A stretch of DNA of 44,602 bases from an uncultured Oscillospiraceae bacterium (GCA_964534615.1 CAZHPO010000001.1:1-44602); one strand, 5' to 3'; counted from the first letter of the stretch, positions 25,962 through 38,079 are shown. Program-made: numbers and translations. Notes: a model not told the origin generated them from the sequence alone.

Positions 25962-27318
25962 TTGCCCTGTCCCTTTCTCTGAGTATCCGCTGTTTTTTCC
26001 GTTTCTGATATCGGTTGATGTTTACCTGCCGCATAATCAGCAAAGCTCCAGCTCCGGCCAACACCCCAATCAGCAGTACCAGGATGATCACACGAATCAC
26101 TTTTAGCACGATACTGCTGTTTCCAGTTGCTTCAACGGTTTTGATGGTTGTCCCTTTTTCAAGCACACTGTGTCGAGCCAGCAGTTCCACTTCTGACACA
26201 ACGGTCGTTCCATAACAGATCTGCAAGGTGCCAACCGACTGTCCTTCGAAAATGGGCGCAGACAATTGCTTCTTATCGCCAACGGCCACCAGATGTATGG
26301 ATTTGGGATCGTAATTCACCGGCAGCAGTGCATAAACACCATGTCCCGGACCAACTACAACACTGTTTTCACCGTTCTTTACGTCAAACATGCTGTAGGC
26401 CGGCTCTGCCTCCATTATTTTCTGAACAGCAAAGGATTGGTATCCATAATTCAACAGTTTTTTTGCTGTTGAAAAGGGACCATAGTTAGACGGAACAGAG
26501 AAAACAATGCAAAGATACCGCCCTTTCTCTGTTTTCGCAGTGCAAACAATACTGTGCTCCCGTGAGGATGCAGACACAGCCTTGCCGCCTGTAACACGCT
26601 CGTCATAGTTGCTACCGCCAACAATCTGCATTTCATTGGTCGTAAATACCGTCTGAGAACAGGAAAGGCTGTCAGGCAACTGATAGTTGACACTCTCAAA
26701 GATTTCGGTAAATGTTTCATTTTCCAGCGCCGCCGTCATAATTATAGCGAAATCCCTGGCTGTTGTATGCTGAGAAGCATCCTGAAGGCCGTGTACGTTG
26801 ACAAAACTGGTGCTGACGCAACCAGCAGTTGCTGCCCGTTCATTCATTTTCTCTACAAATGCCTGCTGGCTTCCGGCAACATGTTCCGCCAAAACAACCG
26901 CTGCATCGTTCGCTGAAGTCAGCATGATACAGTACATCAGGTCCCGAACAGTCAAATGATTTCCTGCCTGTAATCCGATCTTTTTCACACCGTCAGGCAA
27001 TGACTCCAGCGTGCTTTGTTGGACGATCACTTCATCATCTGCATTGCCCTCCTCCACGGCTACCAGTAAACTCATCAGCTTTACCAGACCAGACGGATCC
27101 ATAACCGCATCAGGATTTATGGAAAAAGCCATGGTTTTTGTATCCAGTTCATATAAAATCGCAGCTGCGGCATTGCAACTGTGATCTTCCGTGCTGCCAA
27201 GTGCGTGGGTTGCTTGCAGACCACTACAATTGGCTGTAATGCTTTCTTCTGCCATGGCTGTTGGGCAGCAATTCAGCAGACACAGAAACAGCAATAAAAA
27301 AACAATGAATTTTCTCAT
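25948..27318 (-). CDS. D-Ala-D-Ala carboxypeptidase (peptidase S11/DacA-like) homologue, probably catalytically impaired
   Basis: Signal peptide, SANDAAVVLAE, FVEKMN, FVNVHGL, TTARD, C-terminal TM + basic tail; SxxK and KTG motifs degenerate. Confidence 0.85.
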   Translation of the reverse strand: MRKFIVFLLLFLCLLNCCPTAMAEESITANCSGLQATHALGSTEDHSCNAAAAILYELDTKTMAFSINPDAVMDPSGLVKLMSLLVAVEEGNADDEVIVQQSTLESLPDGVKKIGLQAGNHLTVRDLMYCIMLTSANDAAVVLAEHVAGSQQAFVEKMNERAATAGCVSTSFVNVHGLQDASQHTTARDFAIIMTAALENETFTEIFESVNYQLPDSLSCSQTVFTTNEMQIVGGSNYDERVTGGKAVSASSREHSIVCTAKTEKGRYLCIVFSVPSNYGPFSTAKKLLNYGYQSFAVQKIMEAEPAYSMFDVKNGENSVVVGPGHGVYALLPVNYDPKSIHLVAVGDKKQLSAPIFEGQSVGTLQICYGTTVVSEVELLARHSVLEKGTTIKTVEATGNSSIVLKVIRVIILVLLIGVLAGAGALLIMRQVNINRYQKRKKQRILRERDRANELD

Positions 27319-27443
27319 ATTTTATCCTCTTTTATCCTTCGCCGGACTTGTCCAACAGAGAATTTTCGTGTATAATAAATCTTGTTATAGAGAATTATAC
27401 CAGTTTTCTCGTCGCTAGTCAATGAATGAGGAGGCTTTTCCAT

Positions 27444-27815
27444 ATGAAAAATTCCAGCACGACCATTCTTGTGGCAATTACCCTTGCCTTCGCAGCTTTT
27501 GTCGGCGGCTTTTGTCTTGGAAGAAATACTTCCGATCAAAAGGTTGAAGTTTCAGCTTATGTGACCACAAGTTCTGCTGAAAATGGCAGTTTGGCCGAGC
27601 CTTCCTCTGCTGCCACCAATGCCTCCCTTATCAACATCAACACGGCCAGTCTGGAAGATCTGACCAGTTTGCCCGGTATTGGCCCAATCATTGCCCAGCG
27701 GATCATCGATCATCGTACTGAATACGGTGATTTTGAAAACACATCCGAACTATTGGATGTTGAGGGAATCGGTGTGAATAAGCTGGAAAAGATTTTAGAT
27801 TTTATTACTGTATAA
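27444..27815 (+). CDS. comEA: ComEA-family membrane-anchored helix-hairpin-helix DNA-binding protein
   Basis: ININTASLEDLTSLPGIGPIIAQRII...LLDVEGIG; N-terminal TM; ATG 27444 with GAGGAGG RBS. Confidence 0.85.
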   Translation: MKNSSTTILVAITLAFAAFVGGFCLGRNTSDQKVEVSAYVTTSSAENGSLAEPSSAATNASLININTASLEDLTSLPGIGPIIAQRIIDHRTEYGDFENTSELLDVEGIGVNKLEKILDFITV

Positions 27816-27830
27816 GGAGGTTTTCTTCAT

Positions 27831-28508
27831 ATGAAGATACTAGTTGTGGATGATGAAGTATTGCTTGTTAAAGGCATTCGTTTTAACCTGCAAAACGAGG
27901 GCTATGATGTCATTACCGGCTCCAACGGGTTGGAAGCCGTGCAACTGGCCCGTGATCCGTCCGTTGATCTGATCATTCTGGATGTTATGATGCCGGAAAT
28001 GGACGGTTTGACTGCCTGTAGCCATATTCGGGAATTTTCAAATGTACCCATCATTTTCCTGACTGCAAAAAGCGACGATATGGACAAGCTCATGGGCTTC
28101 GATCACGGTGCTGACGATTATCTGACCAAACCATTTAATATTTTGGAATTAAAAGCCCGTGTGAAGGCATTGTTACGCCGTGCAAGCACCACCGACGGAA
28201 AAGAGGCAAACCTTTTGACCATCGGCTCCATTTCCCTGAATTTAGATGCCCGAAACGCCATTGTTTCCGGTAAAACCGTGGATTTGACTGCCAAAGAATT
28301 TGACGTTGTAGAGTTTCTCATGCGAAATGCAAACCGGGTGTACTCCCGTGAAGCATTACTCGATACCATCTGGGCTTATGAATATCGCAGTGATATTCGC
28401 ACCGTGGATGTTCACATCCGTCGTTTGCGTGAAAAGCTGGAAGATAATCCCGCTGAGCCCAAATATTTGATGACGAAATGGGGCGTTGGTTATTACTTCC
28501 GCAAGTAA
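27831..28508 (+). CDS. OmpR/WalR-family response regulator
   Basis: ILVVDDE, LDVMMP, GADDYLTKPF, winged helix RTVDVHIRRLREK, WGVGYY. Confidence 0.95.
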   Translation: MKILVVDDEVLLVKGIRFNLQNEGYDVITGSNGLEAVQLARDPSVDLIILDVMMPEMDGLTACSHIREFSNVPIIFLTAKSDDMDKLMGFDHGADDYLTKPFNILELKARVKALLRRASTTDGKEANLLTIGSISLNLDARNAIVSGKTVDLTAKEFDVVEFLMRNANRVYSREALLDTIWAYEYRSDIRTVDVHIRRLREKLEDNPAEPKYLMTKWGVGYYFRK

Positions 28509-29949
28509 AAAGACAAAGTTTCATGCATTTTCCAGCGGTCAAATACGCTACGCAACCACATATGTTGCTGTAACTATGATCGTTTTGGTATTCCTGAATC
28601 TATATTGTGCCCAGATCAATGAACAGCTTTTTTGTCAAAACAAGAAAACCACATTGACCGAAAAAGCCAACCTGATCGTGGCGGAGCTTTCTGCCTCTGA
28701 GCAGGTAAACCGCAGTATTGTTTCAACCATTGTCATGCGTCTGGATATCCAATTGGATCGAATCATCATCACAGATCTTGATGGTTCCACAGTTTATGAT
28801 TCTGCTCCACCCGCTGCCGAAAACACCCCCCAACCACCGGAAATCCAGCTGGCACACCAGGGAGCCCAATTTCGCTGGGATTACAACGACGGAGTAATGA
28901 CTTCTGCTGTTGCTGTCCCAATACGTAGCAACGGGGTTTATAAGGGCTGCGTATATCTGCTGGAAATCGACAGCAGCGATGGCCTGCTTTTAAAAACATT
29001 GCATACCAATATTCTAAGCATTACTCTGGCTCTGGAATTGACTCTTATCCTGTTTTCATTCATCTATGTTGGCCGTTATTCCCGCCGGCTCAACAAGATC
29101 ATGTCATCCATGCGTGTGATCCAGGAAGGAGATTTTACCCACAAAATTGAAATGCGTGGCCACGATGAACTGGCGTTTCTGGCTAACGAATTTAACTATT
29201 TGACGGAACGGCTTCAGATTTCCGAAAATAAACGGCGGCAATTCGTCTCCGATGCTTCCCATGAGCTAAAGACACCTCTGGCCTCTATCAAACTTCTGTC
29301 CGACTCCATTTTACAATACGACATGGATATGTCAACTGTTCGGGAATTTGCCGGCGACATTGGAAATGAAGCTGATCGCCTTACCCGCATGACCAACAAG
29401 CTGCTGGCACTGACCAAAGACGAAAACAATACCGCACTGGATGATGCAGAGATCATTTATATGACTCCCACAGTAGAACGTGTGGTCAAAATGCTGGAGG
29501 GAATCGTACAGCGAAACCGCATCACCATTGAACTGGATCTTCGGCAGGATTGTACAGTCCTTCTTCCGGAAGATGACCTGTATCAGATCACCTTTAATCT
29601 GGTAGAGAACGGTATCAAATACAATGTGCCGGGTGGAAAACTCTCCATTTCACTCCACCGTCAGGAAGATATGGCCGTACTTCGAATCTGTGATACCGGT
29701 GTCGGCATTCCGCCGGATGCACTGACGCATGTGTTTGAACGCTTTTACCGGGTGGACAAAGCCCGATCCCGTCAATCCGGCGGCAGCGGCCTTGGATTAG
29801 CCATCGTGCGCAGCATGGTAGAGCGAAACAATGGTGAGATCCATCTACAAAGCACCGTCGGAAAAGGAACAACATTTACGGTGGCTTTCCCCTGCTTTGA
29901 TATTTCCGCAGATCAAATTGATACCATTTCATGTGAGGAAACACAATGA
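28486..29949 (+). CDS. HAMP-domain sensor histidine kinase
   Basis: Two TMs, HAMP (DELAFLANEFN), H box SHELKTPL, N box NLVENGIKYN, DTGVGI, GGSGLGL; start codon uncertain. Confidence 0.93.
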   Translation: MVITSASKKTKFHAFSSGQIRYATTYVAVTMIVLVFLNLYCAQINEQLFCQNKKTTLTEKANLIVAELSASEQVNRSIVSTIVMRLDIQLDRIIITDLDGSTVYDSAPPAAENTPQPPEIQLAHQGAQFRWDYNDGVMTSAVAVPIRSNGVYKGCVYLLEIDSSDGLLLKTLHTNILSITLALELTLILFSFIYVGRYSRRLNKIMSSMRVIQEGDFTHKIEMRGHDELAFLANEFNYLTERLQISENKRRQFVSDASHELKTPLASIKLLSDSILQYDMDMSTVREFAGDIGNEADRLTRMTNKLLALTKDENNTALDDAEIIYMTPTVERVVKMLEGIVQRNRITIELDLRQDCTVLLPEDDLYQITFNLVENGIKYNVPGGKLSISLHRQEDMAVLRICDTGVGIPPDALTHVFERFYRVDKARSRQSGGSGLGLAIVRSMVERNNGEIHLQSTVGKGTTFTVAFPCFDISADQIDTISCEETQ

Positions 29950-30701
29950 AGTTTATTTCTTGGAACGTAAACGGCCTGCGTGCCTGCGTGGGCAAAAATT
30001 TTATGGATGACTTTCAAAAACTGAATGCAGACTTTTTCTGTTTGCAGGAAACAAAATTGCAGGCCGGTCAAATTCAGTTAGACTTGCCCGGATATAATCA
30101 GTATTGGAATTATGCCGAAAAAAAGGGGTACTCCGGAACTGCGATTTTCGCAAAGAAAGAACCACTGTCCGTTCAATATGGAGTCGGTGTCCCGGAGCTG
30201 GATACAGAAGGTCGGCTCATCACGCTGGAATATGAAGATTTTTTTCTCGTGACGTGCTACACCCCCAATGCTCAGCCCGAATTGGCTCGCATCGATCATC
30301 GGCTAAAATGGGAGGACGCCTTCCGAAACTACCTTTGTGAACTGGATCGGCAAAAACCGGTCATCATTTGCGGCGATTTGAATGTTGCACACAACGAAAT
30401 TGATTTGAAGAATCCTTCTTCCAATCGTGGCAGTGCCGGATTTTCCGATCAGGAACGGGGCGCATTCGGTCAACTTTTGAGCTGTGGTTTTACGGATACG
30501 TTCCGCTACCTCTACCCTGATACGACGGGTGTATACAGTTGGTGGAGCTATCGCTTTAATGCCCGTAAAAACAATTCCGGTTGGCGCATTGACTACTTTT
30601 TGGTATCAAACCGCCTGCAAAATCACATTCAGGATGCCATCATTCACGCTGATATTTTGGGTTCTGATCACTGTCCTGTAGAATTGCTGCTGGATATTTA
30701 A
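29946..30701 (+). CDS. xth: Exodeoxyribonuclease III / AP endonuclease
   Basis: SWNVNGLRA, CLQETK, GYSGTA, GDLNVAH, GWRIDYF, SDHCP. Confidence 0.96.
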   Translation: MKFISWNVNGLRACVGKNFMDDFQKLNADFFCLQETKLQAGQIQLDLPGYNQYWNYAEKKGYSGTAIFAKKEPLSVQYGVGVPELDTEGRLITLEYEDFFLVTCYTPNAQPELARIDHRLKWEDAFRNYLCELDRQKPVIICGDLNVAHNEIDLKNPSSNRGSAGFSDQERGAFGQLLSCGFTDTFRYLYPDTTGVYSWWSYRFNARKNNSGWRIDYFLVSNRLQNHIQDAIIHADILGSDHCPVELLLDI

Positions 30702-30708
30702 TTTGGAG

Positions 30709-30737
30709 TTGACATTTCCATAAATTCAGGCTATAAT
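30709..30737 (+). promoter_or_regulatory. Perfect-consensus sigma-A promoter of the tRNA
   Basis: TTGACA(30709-14)-17 nt-TATAAT(30732-37). Confidence 0.9.
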
Positions 30738-30756
30738 AGTGAGGCTTTCGAGCTTT

Positions 30757-30832
30757 GCTAGTGTAGCACAGTCGGTAGTGCATCTCACTCGTAATGAGAA
30801 GGTCGCCTGTTCGAGTCAGGTCACTAGCTCCA
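30757..30832 (+). tRNA. tRNA-Thr (anticodon CGT), CCA encoded
   Basis: Cloverleaf: GCTAGTG/CACTAGC acceptor, GCAC/GTGC D arm, TCTCA-CT CGT AA-TGAGA, GCCTG-TTCGAGT-CAGGT, T CCA; 76 nt. Confidence 0.97.
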
Positions 30833-30838
30833 GATTTG

Positions 30839-30869
30839 TCCCCGGAAACATACTGTTTCCGGGGATTTT
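30839..30869 (+). terminator. tRNA terminator
   Basis: TCCCCGGAAACA-tac-TGTTTCCGGGGA TTTT. Confidence 0.88.
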
Positions 30870-30883
30870 CTATGTTTATTTAA

Positions 30884-30990
30884 CCCTATGGCTCCGTCTA
30901 TCAATACTTTTCTGCGCTGCTTCGAATATTGGCCTCTAGGTCTCTCTGCCGCTGTGTGGCTTCGTAGGCCGTGTAGTGCTTGCCATTGTG
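30884..30990 (-). pseudogene. Degraded fragment resembling a phage minor capsid protein (Phage_min_cap2-like); possible prophage scar
   Basis: Minus strand reads HNGKHYTAYEATQRQRDLEANIR then, after a 1-nt shift near 30921, (K)QRRKVLIDGAIG. Resembles from memory the GK.YT.YEATQ.QR..E..IRK.K/R segment of Firmicute phage minor capsid proteins; no search was run. Confidence 0.6.
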
Positions 30991-31084
30991 CGAATTTTCC
31001 TTTTCTTAACGTTCGTTTTCAGCCACTTGCAATCCGTTTTGATTTGTGCTATGCTATGAAAATAAAATAATCAGGAGGTATCTT

Positions 31085-31630
31085 GTGAAGATTTACTTAG
31101 AACTTCTTGTCAGCTTCTTCAAAGTTGGCATTATGACCTTCGGCGGCGGTTATGCAATGCTCCCTATGCTGCAACGAGAGATCGTTGAAAATAAGGGCTG
31201 GGCTACCGATGAGGAATTGATGGATTATTTCGCCATCGGTCAATGTACCCCCGGCGTCATTGCGGTAAACACCGCTACCTTTATCGGAAGCAAGATCAAG
31301 GGCATTTTCGGTGGGATCGTGGCGACCATTGCAGTGGTACTCCCATCTTTGATCATTATTTCCCTGCTGGCCGGCGTGATCGAAGCTTTTTCCCATCTGG
31401 TATGGGTACAATATGCTTTTGGCGGTATTCGTGTCTGCGTGTGTGTACTGATTTTGAATGCGGTGGTCAAGCTGTATAAAAAAGCAGTGGTGGATATTCC
31501 AACTTTTATAATCTTCCTTGCTGTCACTGTGGCCGCATCTTTCTTTGATCTATCCCCCATTATCTATGTATTACTGGCTGCCGTTGTGGGCATTGCTTTA
31601 CAACTGATTGGAGGGCTGAAGAAGAAATGA
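31085..31630 (+). CDS. Short-chain chromate transporter (CHR) subunit 1
   Basis: FFKVGIMTFGGGYAM, GQCTPGVIAVN; GTG start with AGGAGG; TTGCAA-17-TATGCT promoter at 31027-31055. Confidence 0.92.
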   Translation: MKIYLELLVSFFKVGIMTFGGGYAMLPMLQREIVENKGWATDEELMDYFAIGQCTPGVIAVNTATFIGSKIKGIFGGIVATIAVVLPSLIIISLLAGVIEAFSHLVWVQYAFGGIRVCVCVLILNAVVKLYKKAVVDIPTFIIFLAVTVAASFFDLSPIIYVLLAAVVGIALQLIGGLKKK

Positions 31631-32220
31631 TCTATTTACAATTATTCTGGGAATTCTTCAAGACCGGCCTGTTCGCCATTGGTGGCGGCATGGCAACCAT
31701 TCCCTTCCTCTATGAAATGTCCGATAAAACCGGTTGGTTTACCCATATGGATCTGGCAAATATGATTGCCGTTGGTGAATCAACCCCAGGCCCCATCGGT
31801 GTCAATATGGCAACCTATGTCGGCTATGTGACCGGAATGCAACAAGGTGGCGTATTTTATGCTTTGCTGGGAGCTGTCACTGCGACCATGGGCTTGGTCA
31901 CGCCATCCATCATAATCATTCTGATCATCGCTGCATTTTTAAAGAACTTCAAAAACAGCAAGACTGTAAATCAGGCTTTTTATGGTCTTCGCCCTGCCTC
32001 CACAGGTTTGATTTCCGCCGCCGGCATCAGTGTGATGGCATCTACCCTGCTTTGCATGGACAGCCTGACCGTTTTGCCCACAACCATCAACTGGAAAGGG
32101 CTTATTTTAGCTGTTGTTCTGTTTGTGCTGACGAATTATGTAAAACAGACCAAAAAGTTCCATCCCATTGTGTTCATTGGTGCCTCAGCTCTGATTGGAA
32201 TTCTCTTTCAAATGACATAA
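31627..32220 (+). CDS. Short-chain chromate transporter (CHR) subunit 2
   Basis: FFKTGLFAIGGGMAT, GESTPGPIGVNMATYVG, GLRPA; 4-bp overlap with partner. Confidence 0.92.
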   Translation: MIYLQLFWEFFKTGLFAIGGGMATIPFLYEMSDKTGWFTHMDLANMIAVGESTPGPIGVNMATYVGYVTGMQQGGVFYALLGAVTATMGLVTPSIIIILIIAAFLKNFKNSKTVNQAFYGLRPASTGLISAAGISVMASTLLCMDSLTVLPTTINWKGLILAVVLFVLTNYVKQTKKFHPIVFIGASALIGILFQMT

Positions 32221-32259
32221 CAAAACGTGCGTTGTCCACTTGACAACGCACGTTTTGTT
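32219..32259. terminator. Bidirectional terminator
   Basis: AACAAAACGTGCGTTGTC-cactt-GACAACGCACGTTTTGTT. Confidence 0.85.
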
Positions 32260-34861
<2,602 letters not shown>

Positions 34862-34904
34862 ATCGATCCCCCCAGAAATGCTTATGCCGGAAGGAATATC
34901 AATA

Positions 34905-37301
34905 TTACAGTTTTTTCATATGGGCTGACGCGGATTTGGCCATCAGCTTTTTGGTACCAACCTGATCAAAGGCAATCTCCAGCAGTGCATCGCCGCCCAT
35001 TTTCAGCACAGACAGTACCAGGCCCTTACCAAAGGCCGTGTGGCTGACCATATCGCCTTTGTTCAGCTCCAGATAAGTCCCAGAAGCAACAGATGCCATT
35101 GCTGATTGGAAATTTGTGTGTTTTGCAGCCTGTGGTTGGGAATGTCTGGAATAGCTTTCATAATTGTCGTAAGAACGTTCTGCACGCTGATAGCCGCCTT
35201 TTTTGACCATAGTATCTTCAGGGATCTCCTTCAAAAAGCGAGAGGCCATAGCAGCGCTGGTTCGTCCATAGAGCATGCGTTGCCGTGCGTAGGAAATGGT
35301 TAGCTTTTCTTTGGCACGGGTAATGGCTACATAGCAAAGGCGGCGCTCCTCCTCCATTTCCTCATGGTCACCAATGGCACGCATCCCCGGAAACAGACCG
35401 TCTTCAAATCCCACCAGAAAAACATTCGGAAATTCCAGCCCCTTGGCAGAGTGCATGGTCATCATCACGACCGCATCATCAGAAGCGTTGTATTCCTCCA
35501 AATCCGTGTAGAGCGCAATTTCCTCCAAAAAACCAGCAAGGGACGGTTCTTCGGTGTTTTCCACGTAAGACATGATGCTGGATTTTAGTTCTTTGATATT
35601 TTCCAGCCGGCCAATATTTTCTTCTGTAGGCTTTTCTTCCAGCATCTGCATATAGCCGGTGCGTCGCATCAGTTCTTCATAAAAGTCCGGCAGCGCCATG
35701 CCCTCTGCCAGAAGCTGCGAAAGCCCCTCGATCATGGTCGTAAATTGTGTTAATTTTCCTGCCGGTTTTTCCAAAGACCCATAGCCGTATGGTTGCGAAA
35801 CCACACAATAAAGGCTTTTTCCCTCCGCCTCAGCCAAACGCTGTGCCGTTTCCACGGTCTTAGCGCCAATCCCTCTGGGGGGATTGTTAATAATGCGTTT
35901 CAGCCGCAGATCATCATTTCGATTGTTTAGCACGCACAGGTACGCCAGCATATCCTTTACTTCTGCCCGGTCAAAGAACCGGGTACCGCCCACAATGCGG
36001 TACGGGATAGCATTGCGCTTTAAATCATACTCCAGGGCGTTAGACTGCGCATTGGTACGGTACAAAATCGCATAATCCTTCATGGACTTTCCCTTTTGCT
36101 GCCCGGCCAGGATCTGGGCTGTAACAAACTGTGCCTCTGTTCGCTCGTCGGAAGCTTCATAGACAGTGATGGGCTGTCCCTCCGGATTGGAAGTCCAAAG
36201 GGTTTTTCCCTTTCGTCCACGATTATGAGCGATCACCGCATTGGCTGCGGTAAGGATAGATTTGGTAGAACGATAATTCTGCTCCAGACGGATCAATCTG
36301 GCACCCTGATACTGCTTTTCGAAGTCCAGAATGTTTTCAATGGTTGCACCACGAAAGCGGTAGATACTCTGGTCATCATCGCCCACTACACAGATATTTT
36401 CATGTTGCCCTGCCAGCAAACTGGTCAGTAAATACTGTAAATGGTTGGTATCCTGATACTCATCCACCAGTACATACCGGAACTTCCGCTGATAAAAATA
36501 ACGAACATCCTCATGTTCCTGCAACAATTTGACAGTTAAAAGGATGATATCATCAAAATCCACAGCATTATTTTCTTTCAGCCGTTTTTGGTAAGTCTGG
36601 TAGGCACGTGCCACAGGCAGTGCCCGATACTCGCCGCTCATTTCCGCTCTTGCCAGCAACTGTTCCGGTGTGGTCATCTTGTCCTTTTCCTTGCTGATGA
36701 TCCCCAAAACATATTTGGCAGGGAATGTTTTATCGTCCAGCCCCATATCTTTGATGATCTCTTTCATCACACGCTCGGAGTCTGATGAATCATAAATCGT
36801 AAAACTGCTGGTATATCCCAGCAATTCTGCGTGGCGGCGCAGAATTCGGCAACATGCAGAGTGGAAAGTCATTGCCCAAACCTCAGCCGCCTCAGGATTG
36901 AGCATACTGACAAGTCGCTCTTTCAGCTCATTGGCAGCCTTATTGGTAAATGTCACTGCAATGATATTCCAGGGTGCCACCGGCTCCAGTGCGCATAAAT
37001 ACTCTGCACGGTCAAGATCCCGGTCTGAAACTGGCTCTTGCAGGTTTTCCAGAAACACCACATCCTCCTCCGTGATCCACTCCGGTACAAAATCAGAGTC
37101 GCTGCCGGAGCCAAATCGAATCAGGTTGGCGATTCGGTTGATCAGCACGGTGGTCTTGCCGCTTCCTGCACCAGCAAGCAGCAGCAGTGGGCCCTCTGTG
37201 GTCAGTACAGCCTGACGCTGCATGTCGTTCAAATGAGAAAATTGTGCGGCAATGAATGTCTTTCTGGCCTTCACAAACCGCATGAGCATTTCATCTGTCA
37301 T
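34905..37301 (-). CDS. pcrA: ATP-dependent DNA helicase PcrA/UvrD
   Basis: LAGAGSGKT, TFTNKAA, VDEYQDTN, VGDDDQSIY, LEQNYRST, TMHSAKGLEF, EERRLCYVAITRA, C-terminal Tudor-like tail. Confidence 0.96.
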   Translation of the reverse strand: MTDEMLMRFVKARKTFIAAQFSHLNDMQRQAVLTTEGPLLLLAGAGSGKTTVLINRIANLIRFGSGSDSDFVPEWITEEDVVFLENLQEPVSDRDLDRAEYLCALEPVAPWNIIAVTFTNKAANELKERLVSMLNPEAAEVWAMTFHSACCRILRRHAELLGYTSSFTIYDSSDSERVMKEIIKDMGLDDKTFPAKYVLGIISKEKDKMTTPEQLLARAEMSGEYRALPVARAYQTYQKRLKENNAVDFDDIILLTVKLLQEHEDVRYFYQRKFRYVLVDEYQDTNHLQYLLTSLLAGQHENICVVGDDDQSIYRFRGATIENILDFEKQYQGARLIRLEQNYRSTKSILTAANAVIAHNRGRKGKTLWTSNPEGQPITVYEASDERTEAQFVTAQILAGQQKGKSMKDYAILYRTNAQSNALEYDLKRNAIPYRIVGGTRFFDRAEVKDMLAYLCVLNNRNDDLRLKRIINNPPRGIGAKTVETAQRLAEAEGKSLYCVVSQPYGYGSLEKPAGKLTQFTTMIEGLSQLLAEGMALPDFYEELMRRTGYMQMLEEKPTEENIGRLENIKELKSSIMSYVENTEEPSLAGFLEEIALYTDLEEYNASDDAVVMMTMHSAKGLEFPNVFLVGFEDGLFPGMRAIGDHEEMEEERRLCYVAITRAKEKLTISYARQRMLYGRTSAAMASRFLKEIPEDTMVKKGGYQRAERSYDNYESYSRHSQPQAAKHTNFQSAMASVASGTYLELNKGDMVSHTAFGKGLVLSVLKMGGDALLEIAFDQVGTKKLMAKSASAHMKKL

Positions 37302-37374
37302 AGCTACACCTTATCATCTAAAAGATGGGTATATTCTATCACAAACACACTAAAAAAGAAAGCCCAAATTAAAA

Positions 37375-38079
37375 CTATCCCATTAGCGTTCGCAGCATAT
37401 CCAACGCCTTTTTTTCAATTCTGGAAACCTGCACCTGGCTGACACCCAGCACCTTAGATGCCCGTTCCTGGGTCAATCCGTGGAAATAGCGAAGTTTTAT
37501 CACCGTTTTTTCCCTTTCCGGCAGTTTTTCAATGGCCTGTCGCAGGGATATTTTTTCCACCAGCATTTCCTCCGATTCCGTATCTGTCAGAATATTCTCA
37601 AGGCTAAAACCATCCTCCCCTGTTTGACGATTGATGGATTCTGTACAACTGGTCGCATTTTCTGCCAATGCGATCTCCTCCGGCGTAAAACCCGTTTGGA
37701 CTGCGATTTCTGAAATGGTCGGTTCTCGTCCCAGGGCAGTTGTCAAATGGTTTCTCATTGTACGGATGGTGATTGCCTGCTCTTTGATACTGCGAGACAC
37801 CTTCACTGCGCCGTCGTCCCGCAAAAAACGGCGAATTTCCCCTGCAATTTTCGGCACTGCATAAGTGGAAAATTGGGTTCCGAATTCCAGGTCAAATCCC
37901 TCTACAGCTTTGATAAATCCCAGGCAGCCCAGTTGATACAAATCATCCGACTCTGTTCCACGACCCAAAAAACGTCGAGCTACGGACCAGATCAGACCCG
38001 CATTTTCCGTAATCAGTTGTTCCGATGCCTTTTTATCCCCTTGTTGTGCCCTGGCGATCAATTCTCTGGTATCTGTCAT
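37375..38079 (-). CDS. sigF: Forespore sigma factor F
   Basis: DDLYQLGCLGFIKAV, FSTYAVPKIAGEIRRFLRDDG, SQVQVSRIEK; third gene of spoIIA. Confidence 0.92.
   Translation of the reverse strand: MTDTRELIARAQQGDKKASEQLITENAGLIWSVARRFLGRGTESDDLYQLGCLGFIKAVEGFDLEFGTQFSTYAVPKIAGEIRRFLRDDGAVKVSRSIKEQAITIRTMRNHLTTALGREPTISEIAVQTGFTPEEIALAENATSCTESINRQTGEDGFSLENILTDTESEEMLVEKISLRQAIEKLPEREKTVIKLRYFHGLTQERASKVLGVSQVQVSRIEKKALDMLRTLMG

Noticed and set aside
30739-31070. Short plus-strand ORFs of 66 and 60 aa
   Set aside because: The first overlaps the tRNA and its terminator; the second lacks an RBS and is the reverse strand of the phage-like relic.
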